64,000 nucleotides of DNA from Amphiscolops sp. MND2022 (lineage: Eukaryota), in the NCBI GenBank assembly GCA_964187785.1, contig OZ076414.1:34658001-34722000 (forward strand). Direction: 5' to 3'. Under the pieces are notes generated by a model. That model did no database searches. It saw only the letters and a program-made list of their open reading frames with translations, and had not been told where the DNA came from. This document shows positions 43,593-56,469 of this stretch, piece after piece. A program made the position numbers and the translations under genes. The stretch's first letter is position 1, and each line of letters opens with the position of its first letter.

Positions 43593-46049
43593 TGATGAAA
43601 CACGTGGTTTGATGACATCACAGTCAGTTGAAGTAGTTTTGTTTCTTGCCTGTTGCTCTCAGAGTGCCAAAGACAATCAATATTCTTCTTTATTTATTCC
43701 AAATCTATTGAGAAATAGAACACGGGAAAAGCAGCTCACAAATGTTTCGAAGGTTTTCCCCTCCTTTTCTATTCACAAATCTATGGAACATCTCTCTTAT
43801 GGTCCCAAACTTACAGTACATGTATTTATCGCCCTTCTGCCAACTAGAATTTGTGCTATAAATTATTATTTTAAATTTAGATAGAAGAATATCAAGCTAG
43901 TTTGCAATTTGAAATGCTGCAATTTTACCAAACACTATCATCTTAATTGTTATAACTAGGGTTATTATGATTAAAATTATAACTGAACATTTTCCGAATC
44001 ATTGCTCTGGTGTAGTTATAATATATATACCTTCACCTCATTATCCTATTTTGGAACGTGCTATAAACCGCGGCATTCTTGTGCCTCATTCCTTCATTTC
44101 ATACAGACAGTTTCTCCAGCTGGGATTGCTGAAATCATTGTTGAATAATCAAGTGAAACGTTTTCGGGAATTTTGTGTGAAATGAATTCATATCAAAATA
44201 TATATATATAACGTCCGCGTTTTGAATTCAAGCCAGATGTCTAGTACTGAATATCTTGGAAGGTTGGTTTTTCAATGTCTTGAAGTGTGTTTTGATTCAT
44301 CTGATTAACGTTTATTTTCGAAATCAAAGTCATGACGTGTTCCTATGGCATCTTGAAATTTTACTACATATCAGCAGCAGAGAAATTTTGGTTGAGAAAT
44401 GGTCTTTTTCAGTCTAGCTGCATCTGAATGCTGTCATCGTTGCTTCCATCAGCGATGTAATATATAATCGTATTTATATTTATATTGTAATATTCAATAA
44501 TTGAATGAAAAGGCGCTATTTCATGTATAAACTGATTCTGAATCTTCCTGTGTATAAATAGATGCCACCGATATTTTAGCATGTCGTGTAGATTTTGATT
44601 ATATATAGCATTTACACAAATCATTTTCTAAAGCTAATTATCAATTTAGTTAGAATCATCGGGAAATGAATATAAATTGTGACTCGAACCTTTTTCTTCT
44701 GTTTGTTAGTTTGAAATACTCGTCTTATTGCTGAAGAGTTTGGTTTTCTACGGAAGGCGTATATTATTCTCTGTGAAAAAATGTCTTTAAAAACTTTCCG
44801 AAATGATTTTAACAAGTATTCTAATCAGTGAATTGACGCGCTAAGAGCATTAGCAAGCTCGCTAAGCGGAAACCATACTTAAATTTAGGGATAGCGGATA
44901 AGCGACACATAGACTACATCAATGGCTGTTTAGCGGCATTTGAATTAGGAGAAACTAGCAGAATTCCATTATGCAACCAATAGAAACGCATAATCAATCT
45001 GCCAGAGGGAAAATCGCATAATTTTCAGCGAAAAAAATATTCTTTGTTTAGCTAACAACTTCAGTTTTGACAAAGGCTCGACATAAGAAGTGATAAGTGC
45101 GGCAGAAACTAAGCAATCAACTTCGAAAAACGCGTCAAATCACTAACCATCTGAAAATGTTTGTTCAGATTGAGACGATAGGCATTTGAAAATACTGTCA
45201 TTTTCGTTTCAAATACTATTCATTTTTGAAGTGCTTATCCTGAAAATATGAAAAATGTGATTTTCAGAATACTCTCGGCGTCTCGATGCTGCCACGGTTG
45301 AACAATTTTTCACCGCAAGTGGAATTTCCCGACTCTTCGACAACATTGTCTACAACCAAAGATAATTGAAAATTTAGAAAAGTAATTCGGAAACCATTTT
45401 CTCAAATTTGAATGAATTCGAAGGACCTTTTTATCACCCCCCCGTCCACACACAAAAAATATGTGAAAAAAATGCAAAAATATTAGCTAATTGAATGCAT
45501 TCATGTGACGTCATCAAAAGAGAAAAAAGTTTGATTGTTTTGGAGTTTGGGGAAAAGTAATTTTAGCACTGTTCATTACGCAAATGTTTAGCTTGTTTAA
45601 TGGGAGGGGGGAAGTTAAAGGTTGGCGAATTTTTGCTATCGAGTCAAAACACTGGTTATTTTAGTTTTTTGTATAACGCCATTCTTATAACTTCTATGAT
45701 TATCTCCTGCCAGGACAGTGTCGATACGGGGGGGGGGGTTGTTGTATCACAAATGTTGTTTAAACTGTAACTAGTCCCTTGTTCGAAGAGAGTATGTACC
45801 AGATATCAATTCTACTGGCTCGTTTCAGGTTGTAGATGAAACTCTAGCCAAATTAGCCTGACAACAGTTGAGGCCAAGATGGACGGGAATGTTGACGGAA
45901 ATGATTCTACTGCTAGTGAGTAGCGGCTGCCTTCTCTCTAGTCGTTTGACCTCTTCGTAACTTGTTTCGATGATGTTGGTTTCTGACATCTAGTAATGAA
46001 CTTAGGCAAAAATATTAATAATCCAGTCATGGAAAATGTGTTCGGTTAT

Positions 46050-46360
46050 GAAATTTCTTTTTTGGGTTCAATTGACAATTTTTGTTTTGTCATATACGTG
46101 ATTTTTGGTGTAAAACTACGTCTACGTCTCCATGTCTTTGTGACAATCTTCTGCGGAACCCTCGCGGGAAAAGCCACAAAAAGTTAATCTGGTCTTTGAA
46201 ATTTTGCGTCCATGCTATCGCAATTGTCACTTCAAAAGATTCATGGACATTTGCTGCCAATATGAAGGTTTTCTTTCCAGTGATGGCAGAAACGTTTTCT
46301 CACTGACGAGATTTTTTCCTTTCTTAGACACACCACGCGTACTGCAGTTTTGAAATATTC
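46050..46360 (-). pseudogene. Dispersed, more diverged fragment of the tyrosine-recombinase element at 52425-59730
   Basis: Clear nucleotide similarity to 55760-56050 and 57500-57800. Confidence 0.75.
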
Positions 46361-46610
46361 AAATGCACTCCATTGAAATTGATCCCTTAGCACTGCTGAA
46401 GACCCAATGAAAGTTTCTACTGCTTGTCATGTTCCAGGACTTCAGGTATACAAATTTAGTGTGTTTAGGGCGTGTTGTTAGGATTCCTCCAGACGACGCT
46501 TCATTTGCCGGCGACGAGCAGCGTTAGTAGTAGCTTCAGTACTATTGGCGAAGAAAATTTAAGCAGGACTTTAATAGCGTGCATCATCGTTGTTTACTTG
46601 AATTATTTCT

Positions 46611-47181
46611 AGTCGGCGCTTCATGGAGTGAAACGCGACTATTATAGTGACTTTTTTTCTATCCACACGAACTGACCAAAATAGTTCTACAAAATATTAT
46701 TGCACCATTTGACCTAGCGAACTGAACCAAAAAGGTTTTTCCTGTTTTTCCGCGTAACATACCATACCGGGCGAGACCAAACGGTCCCCCCTTTCAATTT
46801 TTTTTCGGCACTGCGAAACTTTTTTCGGAATTTTTTTCCCCAAAGGGTCCCCCCTTCAATTTTTTCGGAGTTTCGCGACAGAATGGATTTTGAAAAATCC
46901 CAAAGGGTCCCCCTTTCAGTTTTTCGGCACTGTGAGACTTTTTTCGAAAATTTGTTTTTTCTCCAAAGGGTCCCCCCTTCAACTGCGACAAAAATGTTGA
47001 CAATTTCGAAAGTGTCCTCCTTTTAGCGCGCCAGGGGCTCGCGCTAGCGGGCCCCGGCGCTCCACTCGGTCCATTTTTTTGCTTTTTCGATTTTCGAGTA
47101 CTGTAAATTGACTCTTGGAAGTCCTTTTGCTGTTTTTGAGCCTTGGATATGGCGCCGACTTGGGCCGGTCCCGGCTTGTTA
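46611..47181 (+). mobile_element. HINE copy, both ends present, with internal GC hairpin
   Basis: 5' agtcggcgc subTIR; central gggtcccccc repeats; hairpin gcgccaggggctcgc-gcta-gcgggccccggcgc near 47030; 3' ggcgccgact-tg-ggccggtcccggct-tgtta. Confidence 0.78.
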
Positions 47182-47285
47182 TACTTTTATTTTTACTTGA
47201 ATTTTTCGCTCGGGTTGTGTCTCAATCTTTATGATATATCGTTGTCTTCCACATCGTGTCTACCTCAAATATTCGTGGGGGTCTA

Positions 47286-48044
47286 CAGTAGCGTTCTAAA
47301 ATATCGCAACTCCAATGCTGAAAATTGCAAATTTCAAATCCAAATTTCTTGAAAACTGTCGCAAATACGAAAAAGTGTCAGCTAGGAAAGTTTCTTAGAA
47401 TTTTATCTAGTTTACAAAAATGTTTGTTTGAAATTTCTGCGACAAAAATGACAAAAGTTAGAAATTGGAAATTTTGACAAAATTTAATCAAATTTGTACT
47501 TTTTCTGGATTTTCACAAAGTTGATAATATATTTTTGAAACATTTTCAGTCACTCATTTGCCCCCAAATCTCCTGAGGATGCTGATATAATTTGATTGGA
47601 AAACTTTTTCGATTTCAAATAAAAATCATCAATTTTCTAAATACAATTCTTATAGCCTATCTTAATACATGTACTTCAGTGCTCATAGACACAAAATATA
47701 GTGTATTTTTTCTGATTCGAAAAAAATCCTCGATCAAAACAATTCAGTAGGTTCGGGAGATTATAGGAAGTTTCCCAGTGACAAAAAATCCAAAAAAAAA
47801 ATTTTCTAAGTTACTCAATTTTCGAAAAAACTCAAATTTCAATTAAAATTTACTAAAATTTGCAATTTCTAACTTTTTTGGTAACGGTCGTAGAAATTTC
47901 AAACAAACATTTTTGTAAACTAGATAAAATTCTAAGAAACTTTCCTAGCTGGCAAAATTTTGTATTCGTGACAGTTTGTGAGATATTTGGTTTTGAATTT
48001 TGTCATTTTATGCTATGAGGTTGCGATATTTTAGAACGCTACTG
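47286..48044. mobile_element. Long-TIR Tc1/mariner-type MITE
   Basis: ~200-bp inverted arms beginning cagtagcgttctaaaatatcgcaac; TA on both sides. Confidence 0.88.
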
Positions 48045-48652
48045 TACCTCGAATGGACGACCGAATGGCTGAACTAGCCGATTGATCAATTGGAAGAAAA
48101 TAAGCTGTTTTTCAAATATTGTCGGTAGAATCAGCTTCGCTCACATTACTTACGCCGATTAAGTAATGATCACTACATTTAGTTGTGAGCTAAATTGGTA
48201 GCTGTAAATGCGAAATCGATCAATTGCAAAGTCATCTAAGTGAGTAGTCGTCCAATTGCACGGTACCATAACCGTGGGTCATGACGCCATTTCTCGTTAT
48301 ATCACAAAAAAGCGAGAGTGACTTAATATCCGAATAAGCGCTGAAAGCGCAACCGAAGAGTAATTTTTGTGATCCGTTGAATCTACATACCTTGAATCTA
48401 CATACCTCACTTTCAATCACGACTTCTAACAAACTTTAGGTGAAAACAACTTTTTGAAAAAACCATTCGGTTGTACCGGTTAATTTTAACCAAACATTAT
48501 TCAATAATGTTGGCGCAAAAATGTTTTCCAATAAGCACCGCTCTAAGTGAAAATAAGTTAAGGCACATTGCGTGAAAAGTAAATCTTGCTTTATTATGGG
48601 GAATTAATTGTTCAGGACGCAACACTTGAATTCTCTTCTCATTTCGTTTCAG

Positions 48653-48709
48653 GACGTGTCATCAGAATCCCTCCCCTTTCTCCGATGCGACCTGTTCCCA
48701 CTAAAATGC
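48653..48709 (+). CDS. Candidate upstream exon of the dsRBD gene
   Basis: Strong tttcgtttcag acceptor and C|gttagt donor; phase 1 matches the exon at 61817; contains in-frame ATGs (MRPVPTKM). The linkage is inference. Confidence 0.35.
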
Positions 48710-48949
48710 GTTAGTTGGTTTTTTCGTACTTGACCCATTTGAAATTCCAAACTATGAGCAAGACAAAAAAAAAGACGAATAGTGTTCAATTTGGGCTCAT
48801 TCATTAAATGATTGAATGAAAAAGTAATCTTGAACAAATTACCTAATTCTGACTAGGAATGAACTTGAGCAGCTAATCGGGCTTTTGCCCGCCGTATCAA
48901 TCGGTGAAAAATATAAACAAAATCAATGATTCCTCGGACTTGAAATGAC

Positions 48950-49370
48950 GGTCAAAGAAAACTTATTGTTCAATTCTGAAGATCCAATCATATTTCTGCG
49001 TTTGATTGAATATTATTGTAACTTAGACTGTCCATTTTTTGAGGACTAAGCTGATCTTTTCAGATTGTTTTCTTTTAGCAGCTAGTCTAACTTAGCAGCT
49101 AGGTAGGCAGCAATATGTGAAAATATTAATTGTTCCAATTCCTTCCACAACTTTGAGAAAAAACCCTTGTAAGAAAGAGCACCCCAAACTATAGTTTTGA
49201 CGGTAAATTTTGGCATCTTTTTCACTGAGTTTGGTGAGTTTTCGGAACTCCGATTTTGTAAAGTATTGCGGTGTAGTTGAAACACCTTCTCATTTGTCAA
49301 GGAAACCTTGTCCAAGTTGAACTGTTTCCATTCTGTATGAAATATCAGGCGACTTTTTTCTTGTATCAAA
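48950..49370 (-). pseudogene. Tc1-family transposase remnant
   Basis: LIFHTEWKQFNLD (cf. VLFSDExKFNL) and KFTVKTIVWGALSYKG (cf. K...MVWGxxSxxG). Confidence 0.5.
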
Positions 49371-49817
49371 ATTATTGCGGGGACGTTTTCCGGACATTTT
49401 CGCTAATACGAATGTTAGCGAGCGTTCTTTGTACTGTTCTCGTGCTGGGGGATGTTTACCTTTTTTCTTCGCTTGCTTTTGGTTGCCTCTGAGTTCGGGG
49501 GATTCAGTTGGATTCACAAGAGCAAGGCGGTTTAATCTACTGTCATTCACGTCGAAAATGGGGGGGGGGGTGGGTCGGCCAGTTCTATGTCTTCTCTCTA
49601 ATCCTCCATTCTGCAGGACCCTATAATTTGTTAAAAGTATATTTAGGAAGACTACAAAGCTTGCGGAGTTGCGATTTATTTTACGTAGAGGTATTCAAAT
49701 CGATTTCTTCCAGATTGCGTTTTGATAACGTTAGAAAAAAATAATTCACATGAGGCGTGAACAACTTTTTCAAAGGCCAGTCTTTACATATAAAGTTTCT
49801 GAAGAGTTTGCATTCGA

Positions 49818-52331
49818 TTTTCAATATTTCTGCTTCAGCAGGAATATTATTGTAACCTTTTTTTCAGTACAATTCTTGTCGTGATACTGAATAATTCAGA
49901 TATTTTGTTCGGCAGTGACTGTAAGCGTGGGAGATAAATTTCTCAAGCTGCCGACAACAATTCAATTCTAGTGCGATGGATCCAGCGAGTGGTAATTATC
50001 CATTCGTATGCTGACGTCATTGAGATGAAGCGAGCGAATGTTCGTAATTGTGCTTTTGTTGCCCCGAGTTATTCAGATGAAGCGAATGAGTGTTAAATAT
50101 TCGTTCGTTGAGAGCTTCGCGTGCATTCAAATGCGAATGCGAAACTTCGTCTACGCTTAGTAGTTATTTTTTTTAGTCCGAGAATTAAAGGCGGTGTAAA
50201 CTTGTACAGTGATTACATGTAATTGTGTGTAAATAATGATTAAACAAGAGTGTATTGGTGTTCCAGATATGATTCTTTACACTTGCGTAAGCAAGTGTAT
50301 TGGAATCGACGCGTGCTTTTTTTCCCGAATGTCAACAACTCACATATTGATATAAGCAATTTTGCTTATAACTTTAGTTTTGTGTGCTTCCGCGCTTTGC
50401 TTGTTTGTTTACTGTGTGCATGTGTTTATTATTCAATTAAATGTATTTAATTAGTGCAATGCGTCAGAATTAAATGTTTCATTTTCATTTCTTTTTAACT
50501 TTCGATGATTGAATGCAAGTAGCAGCATGTTTTTAACACCGTAGAGTGTTTAGTTCAATGTTTTAAATGTTTTTAACTGATTGTTTTAAATTTTATTTCA
50601 TTCGTTTTTAATGCTTCGATTGCAGCATGTTTTTTATGCTTGTTTTTTTTTCAGATTTTCGAATGTCCGAGTTTTTGATTTTTGATACCTCTTCCAAAAA
50701 TCATGCAGAGCACGAGTGCTCCTTTTTTATAAATTGCCCGGCTTGTGTTTGGGATAGAATTCCCGCTGAAGTTCGTTTTTTATCTGCCACCGCTATGTGT
50801 GCTAAAAGTCAAGTGGCTGCTGAAAAATGCTCAATATTGGAACAAGACGCTGCTCTTTCGTCTGTAGTTGTTGATGAATGGCATATGTACCGGCGAGCCA
50901 ATTCGCTACATTATTCGTCTGAAGACATTTTTCATGTTGAGTTATCTGACACCGTGAGGGATGCTAAAGTTATACAGCATCGATAGCAGTACGTTCATGT
51001 CTCTTATGATACCGTATGTGGTTTTCAAACCTTGTTCATACGTAACAAGACAGATATTTCCAATAAGTTTCTGCTGTTGGGAGACTCAATTTGTGCCAGA
51101 TTTGCACCAAGGATTTCGATGTTATTGCCATGAAGGGGGCTAGACCCGGGGATTTGATTAGCCTTCTGGGTAACAAAAATTTTCCTTTCGAGCGCTACTC
51201 TCAATTCTGCCTTATGATAGGAGGTAACAGCTTATCTGCACACAAAGAGCGAAAAGCGCTACTTCCCCAAGAAGTAGTCGAAGAAATGAAGTTCATTTTC
51301 GAAATTTTCAGCTTATATTGCGGTGTATTCGTTTTAAGTGTCTTGCCCCGAACTACCGCTACAGCGATACGGGAACAAATTACTCAGCTGAACAGTCACC
51401 TGCAGCAAGAATTTGAAATGCGATACATTGGCAAAAGCAGGGTCTGTCCGGAGTTTTTATGTTCCGACAAAATCCATCTGTCTAGAAGTGGTGCCGATAG
51501 ATTTGTTAACAATTTTCGAAAAAAATTTTATCAAAGACTGAGTCTGACTACGAGTTGATTTACTGTCGTTCATGGCATGATATGCTGATACGTTGTGTTT
51601 TCTTTTTATCATTTTGGCTTTGTTTTAATTTGACTGTTGTTTATCATTGGGCTTGCGAATTCAGTTACACCTTTCAGTGTACGTCTGTCGTAAAAAATCT
51701 CTTTAACGTTTTTTCATCATAAACGGCGACTGAAAACAATCATCCATTATAACAAGCCGAGAACGGTATGTCGGCACCTGCTTTGGGGTCAAATTTTCAT
51801 GAGAATAACGTGGTATTATGGTAGTTCTCGCGAAATTTGAAAAAAGTGAAATTTCTGGAAAAATCGGATAATTAAATTGTGTTGACGTCAGTTCAATATG
51901 TTTTTAGTTATCGTAAACCACTTGTATTTTTTATCATTTAGTTATTTTCAGTTCGAGGTTTTTGTTTCATGCAAAAACTCTTCAAAAACAAGTTTTGAGG
52001 TTCTTTGCATGATTTTACATTTCTTTTACATTGAGGTTATATTCCCATCGAAATGAAAAGGTTTCATTGCTAATGTAATATTTTGAATTTTTACGAAAAT
52101 TGCTGACGACTGTTAATTCATACCGAAATCAATTTTGAATATAAAACTTGTACTCACAATGTTTTGTTGACTGACTTTCGATTCGCATTTTCAATGTTAC
52201 CTTATCAGTTTTTCGCAAGTGTTAGCGAAGCACAGCTTCGCCTCTGTGTTTATTAATGATTTTTTTGTTTCAAAAAATAAAGATTAAAGCAGAAATAGTA
52301 CTGAGCCCCGGAGGGGCCTATTTTGTTTTAG
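49818..52331 (+). mobile_element. Helitron-like element carrying an SGNH hydrolase pseudogene
   Basis: Shares both ends with 5428-5961; 3' hairpin gcccc-gga-ggggc 14 nt before ttag|t; no TIRs or TSD seen. Confidence 0.55.
50663..51558 (+). pseudogene. SGNH/GDSL hydrolase (one premature TAG at 50984, one frameshift near 51100)
   Basis: Block I LLLGDSI (51080-51088 = GDS), block II KGA, block III IGGNS, block V SDKIHLS. Confidence 0.75.
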
Positions 52332-53027
52332 TTCAAATCCCTAAAATCAATAGGTTACGCATACTGAGGAATTGAAATTTTGTTTTAAGTGGTTCATTTT
52401 TTCGTCGCGAGCTATATAATAAAGGAGTTTGAAGCAAATTTTTAAATTGAAATAAGTGCTCAAAAAACGTTTCACAAAGAACAGAGTACTGACATCTTCA
52501 ATTCTGAGTATTATCAATATGAATAGTAAATACAGTTCGAGTCAAGAAGTCTACTGGAAGGCTACTCTCAGTTTATCATAGACACGGAGAACCTCTTCCT
52601 CCGTTATGGCAATACCGTTGTCCTCAACATCAGCAACAATTTTGCATTTCTAAAAGAGGATTTACATGCCAGTACATTTGACAGGCTTTCTTGCATCCTG
52701 ACCAAGCTGGTTTACCAGGGAGATCTTTGAATGTTCGTAGAGAGCGAATGAAATTTCGTCTTCGTGGGGACAAATGAGCTATATCATCATCCACTGCGCA
52801 TATGGACGCTTTGATATTATTATCAGGCTAGGGCTTTAGATGTTTGGGATTGTTGGAAGTACGCAAATATCTTTCGTCTTTGTCACCGGTAACTGACTCG
52901 AGACTGGACTCCCAATTTCACTGTCATCGGAGTCACTGTTCTCCACTGCTTCTTCAATTAGCTGCTCCATTCCAGTTCTTCGTTTATTCATGTTTTGCTG
53001 TACAGCGGTGTCATTGGGGGAGTGGTC

Positions 53028-55577
53028 CTGAAACTGTGTTACAATGTTAGTTGAAGTTTGAGCAATTGTATGATAAGTATCGGGTTTTAAATTGTTTTTT
53101 TATCTTTTTGGGTAAAAAAAATTCAGAGTTCGTTGGGAAAAGTTGCCCAAACTGCATTTTCCTTTGGTTTTTAGGGGCTCTGGGTTGGTGGGGGTCCTGG
53201 TTGGGCTGACTTACCCTTAGATACATGATTTGAGGAAGTTAAATTTTTCATCAAATTTTCGCCCACTTTCCAAGCGGGTTTGTAAAAGACATTTTTTGAC
53301 ACTCTTGGTTTTACGAATCTGAAGGAACAACTATTGTTAGTGACGCCTTTCCAACGTTTGTAATCGGGTTTTAGGGCTGGGGTAGAAACATTGATATTGA
53401 GGTCCGAGAAATAAGCTCGAATACGGTTACTAGGATTTTTCACGAAGGGGCAGCGTTGGTTTTCGTATTCGTAAATCGTCTCTAATAAGAGTATATATAT
53501 TAAAGTAATGGGGTAACCTTGGTATTTTCGCAATGCCTCGATAAAACTAATTACTACACTAAAGAAAGCGGAAACTTTGTTGCATTTTCGGAGGTACCAT
53601 TGAAATCTACCCTACTTTTGATAGTCGAGTTTTTCATGTTGAAGGGATGGTCACTTTTATAGTGGATAATGGTCATGTTAGTGGTTTCTTTCGTATATAC
53701 CGAGCGGATTACCAGGCCGTTTTTTTAGATTAGGTAAAAGTCGAGAAATATTGCATGTTGATTAGAGATTTCATGCGTGAAGGTCAAACCAGTGTTAAGC
53801 GTTTTCATCTTTGATAGGACCAATGGTGCATCTTGTTCACCATGGAAGATGGTTAAGCCATCATCTAATAAACGTCCGTAAAATAAGGGTTGGATAATGT
53901 CGTTAGCTTCAAAGATCTTTTTCTCCACTGTGTAGTACACATAAATATCACCTATAGATGGGGCGCTATGGAATCCCATACCAAAACCATCCTTTTGTAA
54001 AAATTAGTTTGTCGCCGAAATAGATAGCGTTGTTTGCGAATAAAAGTTTTACCGCTTCAATCAAACAAAAAAGTGTGCTACCGGTAACTATTTAACGTTT
54101 ACATAATTCAATTTTGATGATGTTCATGGCTTTTTTGATAGGTACATTGGTATATAGGTCCTCGACATCAAATGTTAAAAAGGATAAGTTAGGAACATGT
54201 TCATCATATGTATTGACATTCTGGTCCCGGGCGAATTTTTCGAGTCTAAGTAGGCATTCCAGACCTCCTTGGATAGTGCATTTGATACTGTTGCGAATCG
54301 GTTGAATTAGTTTGCTGAATAATTTATATCTTTGAACCGAAGGTTCTGACTGCGTCGGTTATGGGACGGCCAGGATAGATTTTACTTTGTGTGGAGTCCA
54401 TAATTTGCTTGTGGATCTTAAGAAGGAAATAAACGTGCTTTTCTCTTTCCCCGTCGATTCGGAAGAATTTCTTGTATTTTTTGTAAAAAGGGGGGTTGTG
54501 TTTTTCGATGTCCGCAATATATGTTTTAATCATATTTTGATTACATGTTATTGATTCCATTTTTGGGTTTTGATCATATGCTTTTTTACTTAGTTGCATA
54601 TTCGCTATAGCTTCGTATTGGGGAGTAGTAAGAGCAACAAAGATATTTCCCTCGTCCGCTTTTTTGATAACGATATCCGTGCGCAAATGTCGGTGTTATC
54701 TTCGTTAATCGGCCAACCTCCCCCCCCATTCAGTGCTATCCTCTATTAAAGATTTCTTAGCCGTTTTTATCGATTTCGTATTATACCCCGTGCCTTTAGC
54801 TAGAGTTTAACTTCATGTTTAGAAAGAGATCCAGATAAGTCAGCCACCTCTTTGATTTTGCGTGTATGGAATTTAAGTTTAAGGGGGTGGGAGGTAACTG
54901 TATGTGTGACACTTTTGCAGGTTTACAAAGAAAGATTAAACTTCTGAACAATTTTAGGATGGGTTGAAACAATGTGTTCTTTTAAAGCACCACTAATCAG
55001 GTTATGGGAACATTTTCTATCCTTATACATGAGCTTCTTTAATTCGTCAGCCGAAAGCGACTTACCCTGAAAGGGTTTGAAAGCATTGATAATTTCCTTG
55101 GTCGTCACCGCTGGGCTTGCAACAGCATCGCTTCCTTGAGATTGAGTACTGATTAGGCGGTCCGGTCTGGCAATAGGGGATCCCATTGTTACAGTCGACG
55201 AGGTTGATGCAACTGTCCCAATATAAAAGTCATCATCTGAAGCGTGGGTGGTAGGAGGTGGACTATTTTCAATCGAGATGATATTTTGGACAGTATTAGA
55301 TCGGGCATCAATAGTGTTTTGTCCTCTGGGTGGATCGTTGTTGTTCTGATTTGAAGTCTGTGAGCGGGTTATTGGTCCATTTGCATCCAAGAAGCCTTCA
55401 CCGTTTTTGAGAGGTTTAATGAAATCATGCTTGATTAAGGAGCTTGAATAGTTTGTCGCTTGGCTAGTAGCCCCTGCATCCAAGGGCCTGGATATGGCCT
55501 GCATTCTGCCTTCAAAGCGATTGAACTATCTAGCCTCTTCTTCTCCTCTTACCTTATCTAGGGATGAGAATCCGATC
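53028..55577 (-). mobile_element. Penelope-like retroelement, degenerate, no GIY-YIG endonuclease
   Basis: IVIKKADEG, YFLLKIHK...GRPI, LTFDVEDLYTNVP, QKDGFGMG..AP, GRLLDD, FTHE...FLD, HYKSDHP, GYP in order, across frameshifts. Confidence 0.9.
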
Positions 55578-56469
55578 CGCAGCTCATTTGTTCGGTTGTC
55601 CCAGTATTTCTTTATGCTGTTAAAGTTGAATTTGATCTTCGGGTCATCTCCAAAGATTTTTCGGAAAACATTGGTAACTTGTGACGACGCCGTAGGGTCG
55701 CAATTGGTAATGTTCCCAAAAACATACTTTGGATGTTTTGTGTCTGGTTGTTGAATTTGATTTTTTGGGGTTCAATTGAAATTTTATGATGTCTATTGCG
55801 TGATTTTTGGTTTGAACCTACGTCTACGTCTCCGTGTCTTTGTGGCGATCTTCTGCGGAACTCTCGCAGGAAAATCCCTAAAAAGTTAATCTGGTCATTG
55901 AAGTTTTGCGTCCATGCTATCGCAATTTTCACTTCGAAAGATTCATGCGCATTTGCTGTCAATGAAGGTTTTCTTTCCAGTGATGGCAGAAAATTTTACT
56001 CACCGAGGAGATTTTTTCTTTTTTCAGTCCCAACACGCGTACTGCATTCTTGAAACCTCCATATACTCTCAATTTGAGCAGAAGCAGTTCTGCATCGGGA
56101 TAGAAGAAATAGCAAGTTTCTAAATGGAAGTCCTGATTTTGACAACCTGGATGTTTCTTTTTCTTACTGGACTGCAACCTGATTACACGGATTTTACCAC
56201 TACTGTTACTACTACTTGTTCAGATTCAACGGAATAGCCAAACCTAATAAAACTCAAGTTCGAAGCAAAACTGGTGAATTGAAACATGGCGAATTGAAAC
56301 ATGTGCTTAGGAAACGTTTCACAAAAAAACAGTACTGACATAAACAATACTAATATAAATATTAATATTAAAAGCAGTTTGAAATTTGCATTCTATTCAC
56401 AAGAAGTTAAGTTCACACGGATCTGGAAGCTGAGATCAAAATCGTTTGCTCCTAGTTAAGAACTGGAAT

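Noticed and set aside
44000-44820. Possible Penelope GIY-YIG remnant (AFRRKPN, GIYII, IIYYI)
   Set aside because: Motifs are scattered over different frames in very AT-rich DNA; could be chance.
55220-55240. FYIG in the Penelope N-terminal ORF as a permuted GIY-YIG domain
   Set aside because: Low-complexity context with no upstream GIY and no CxC linker.
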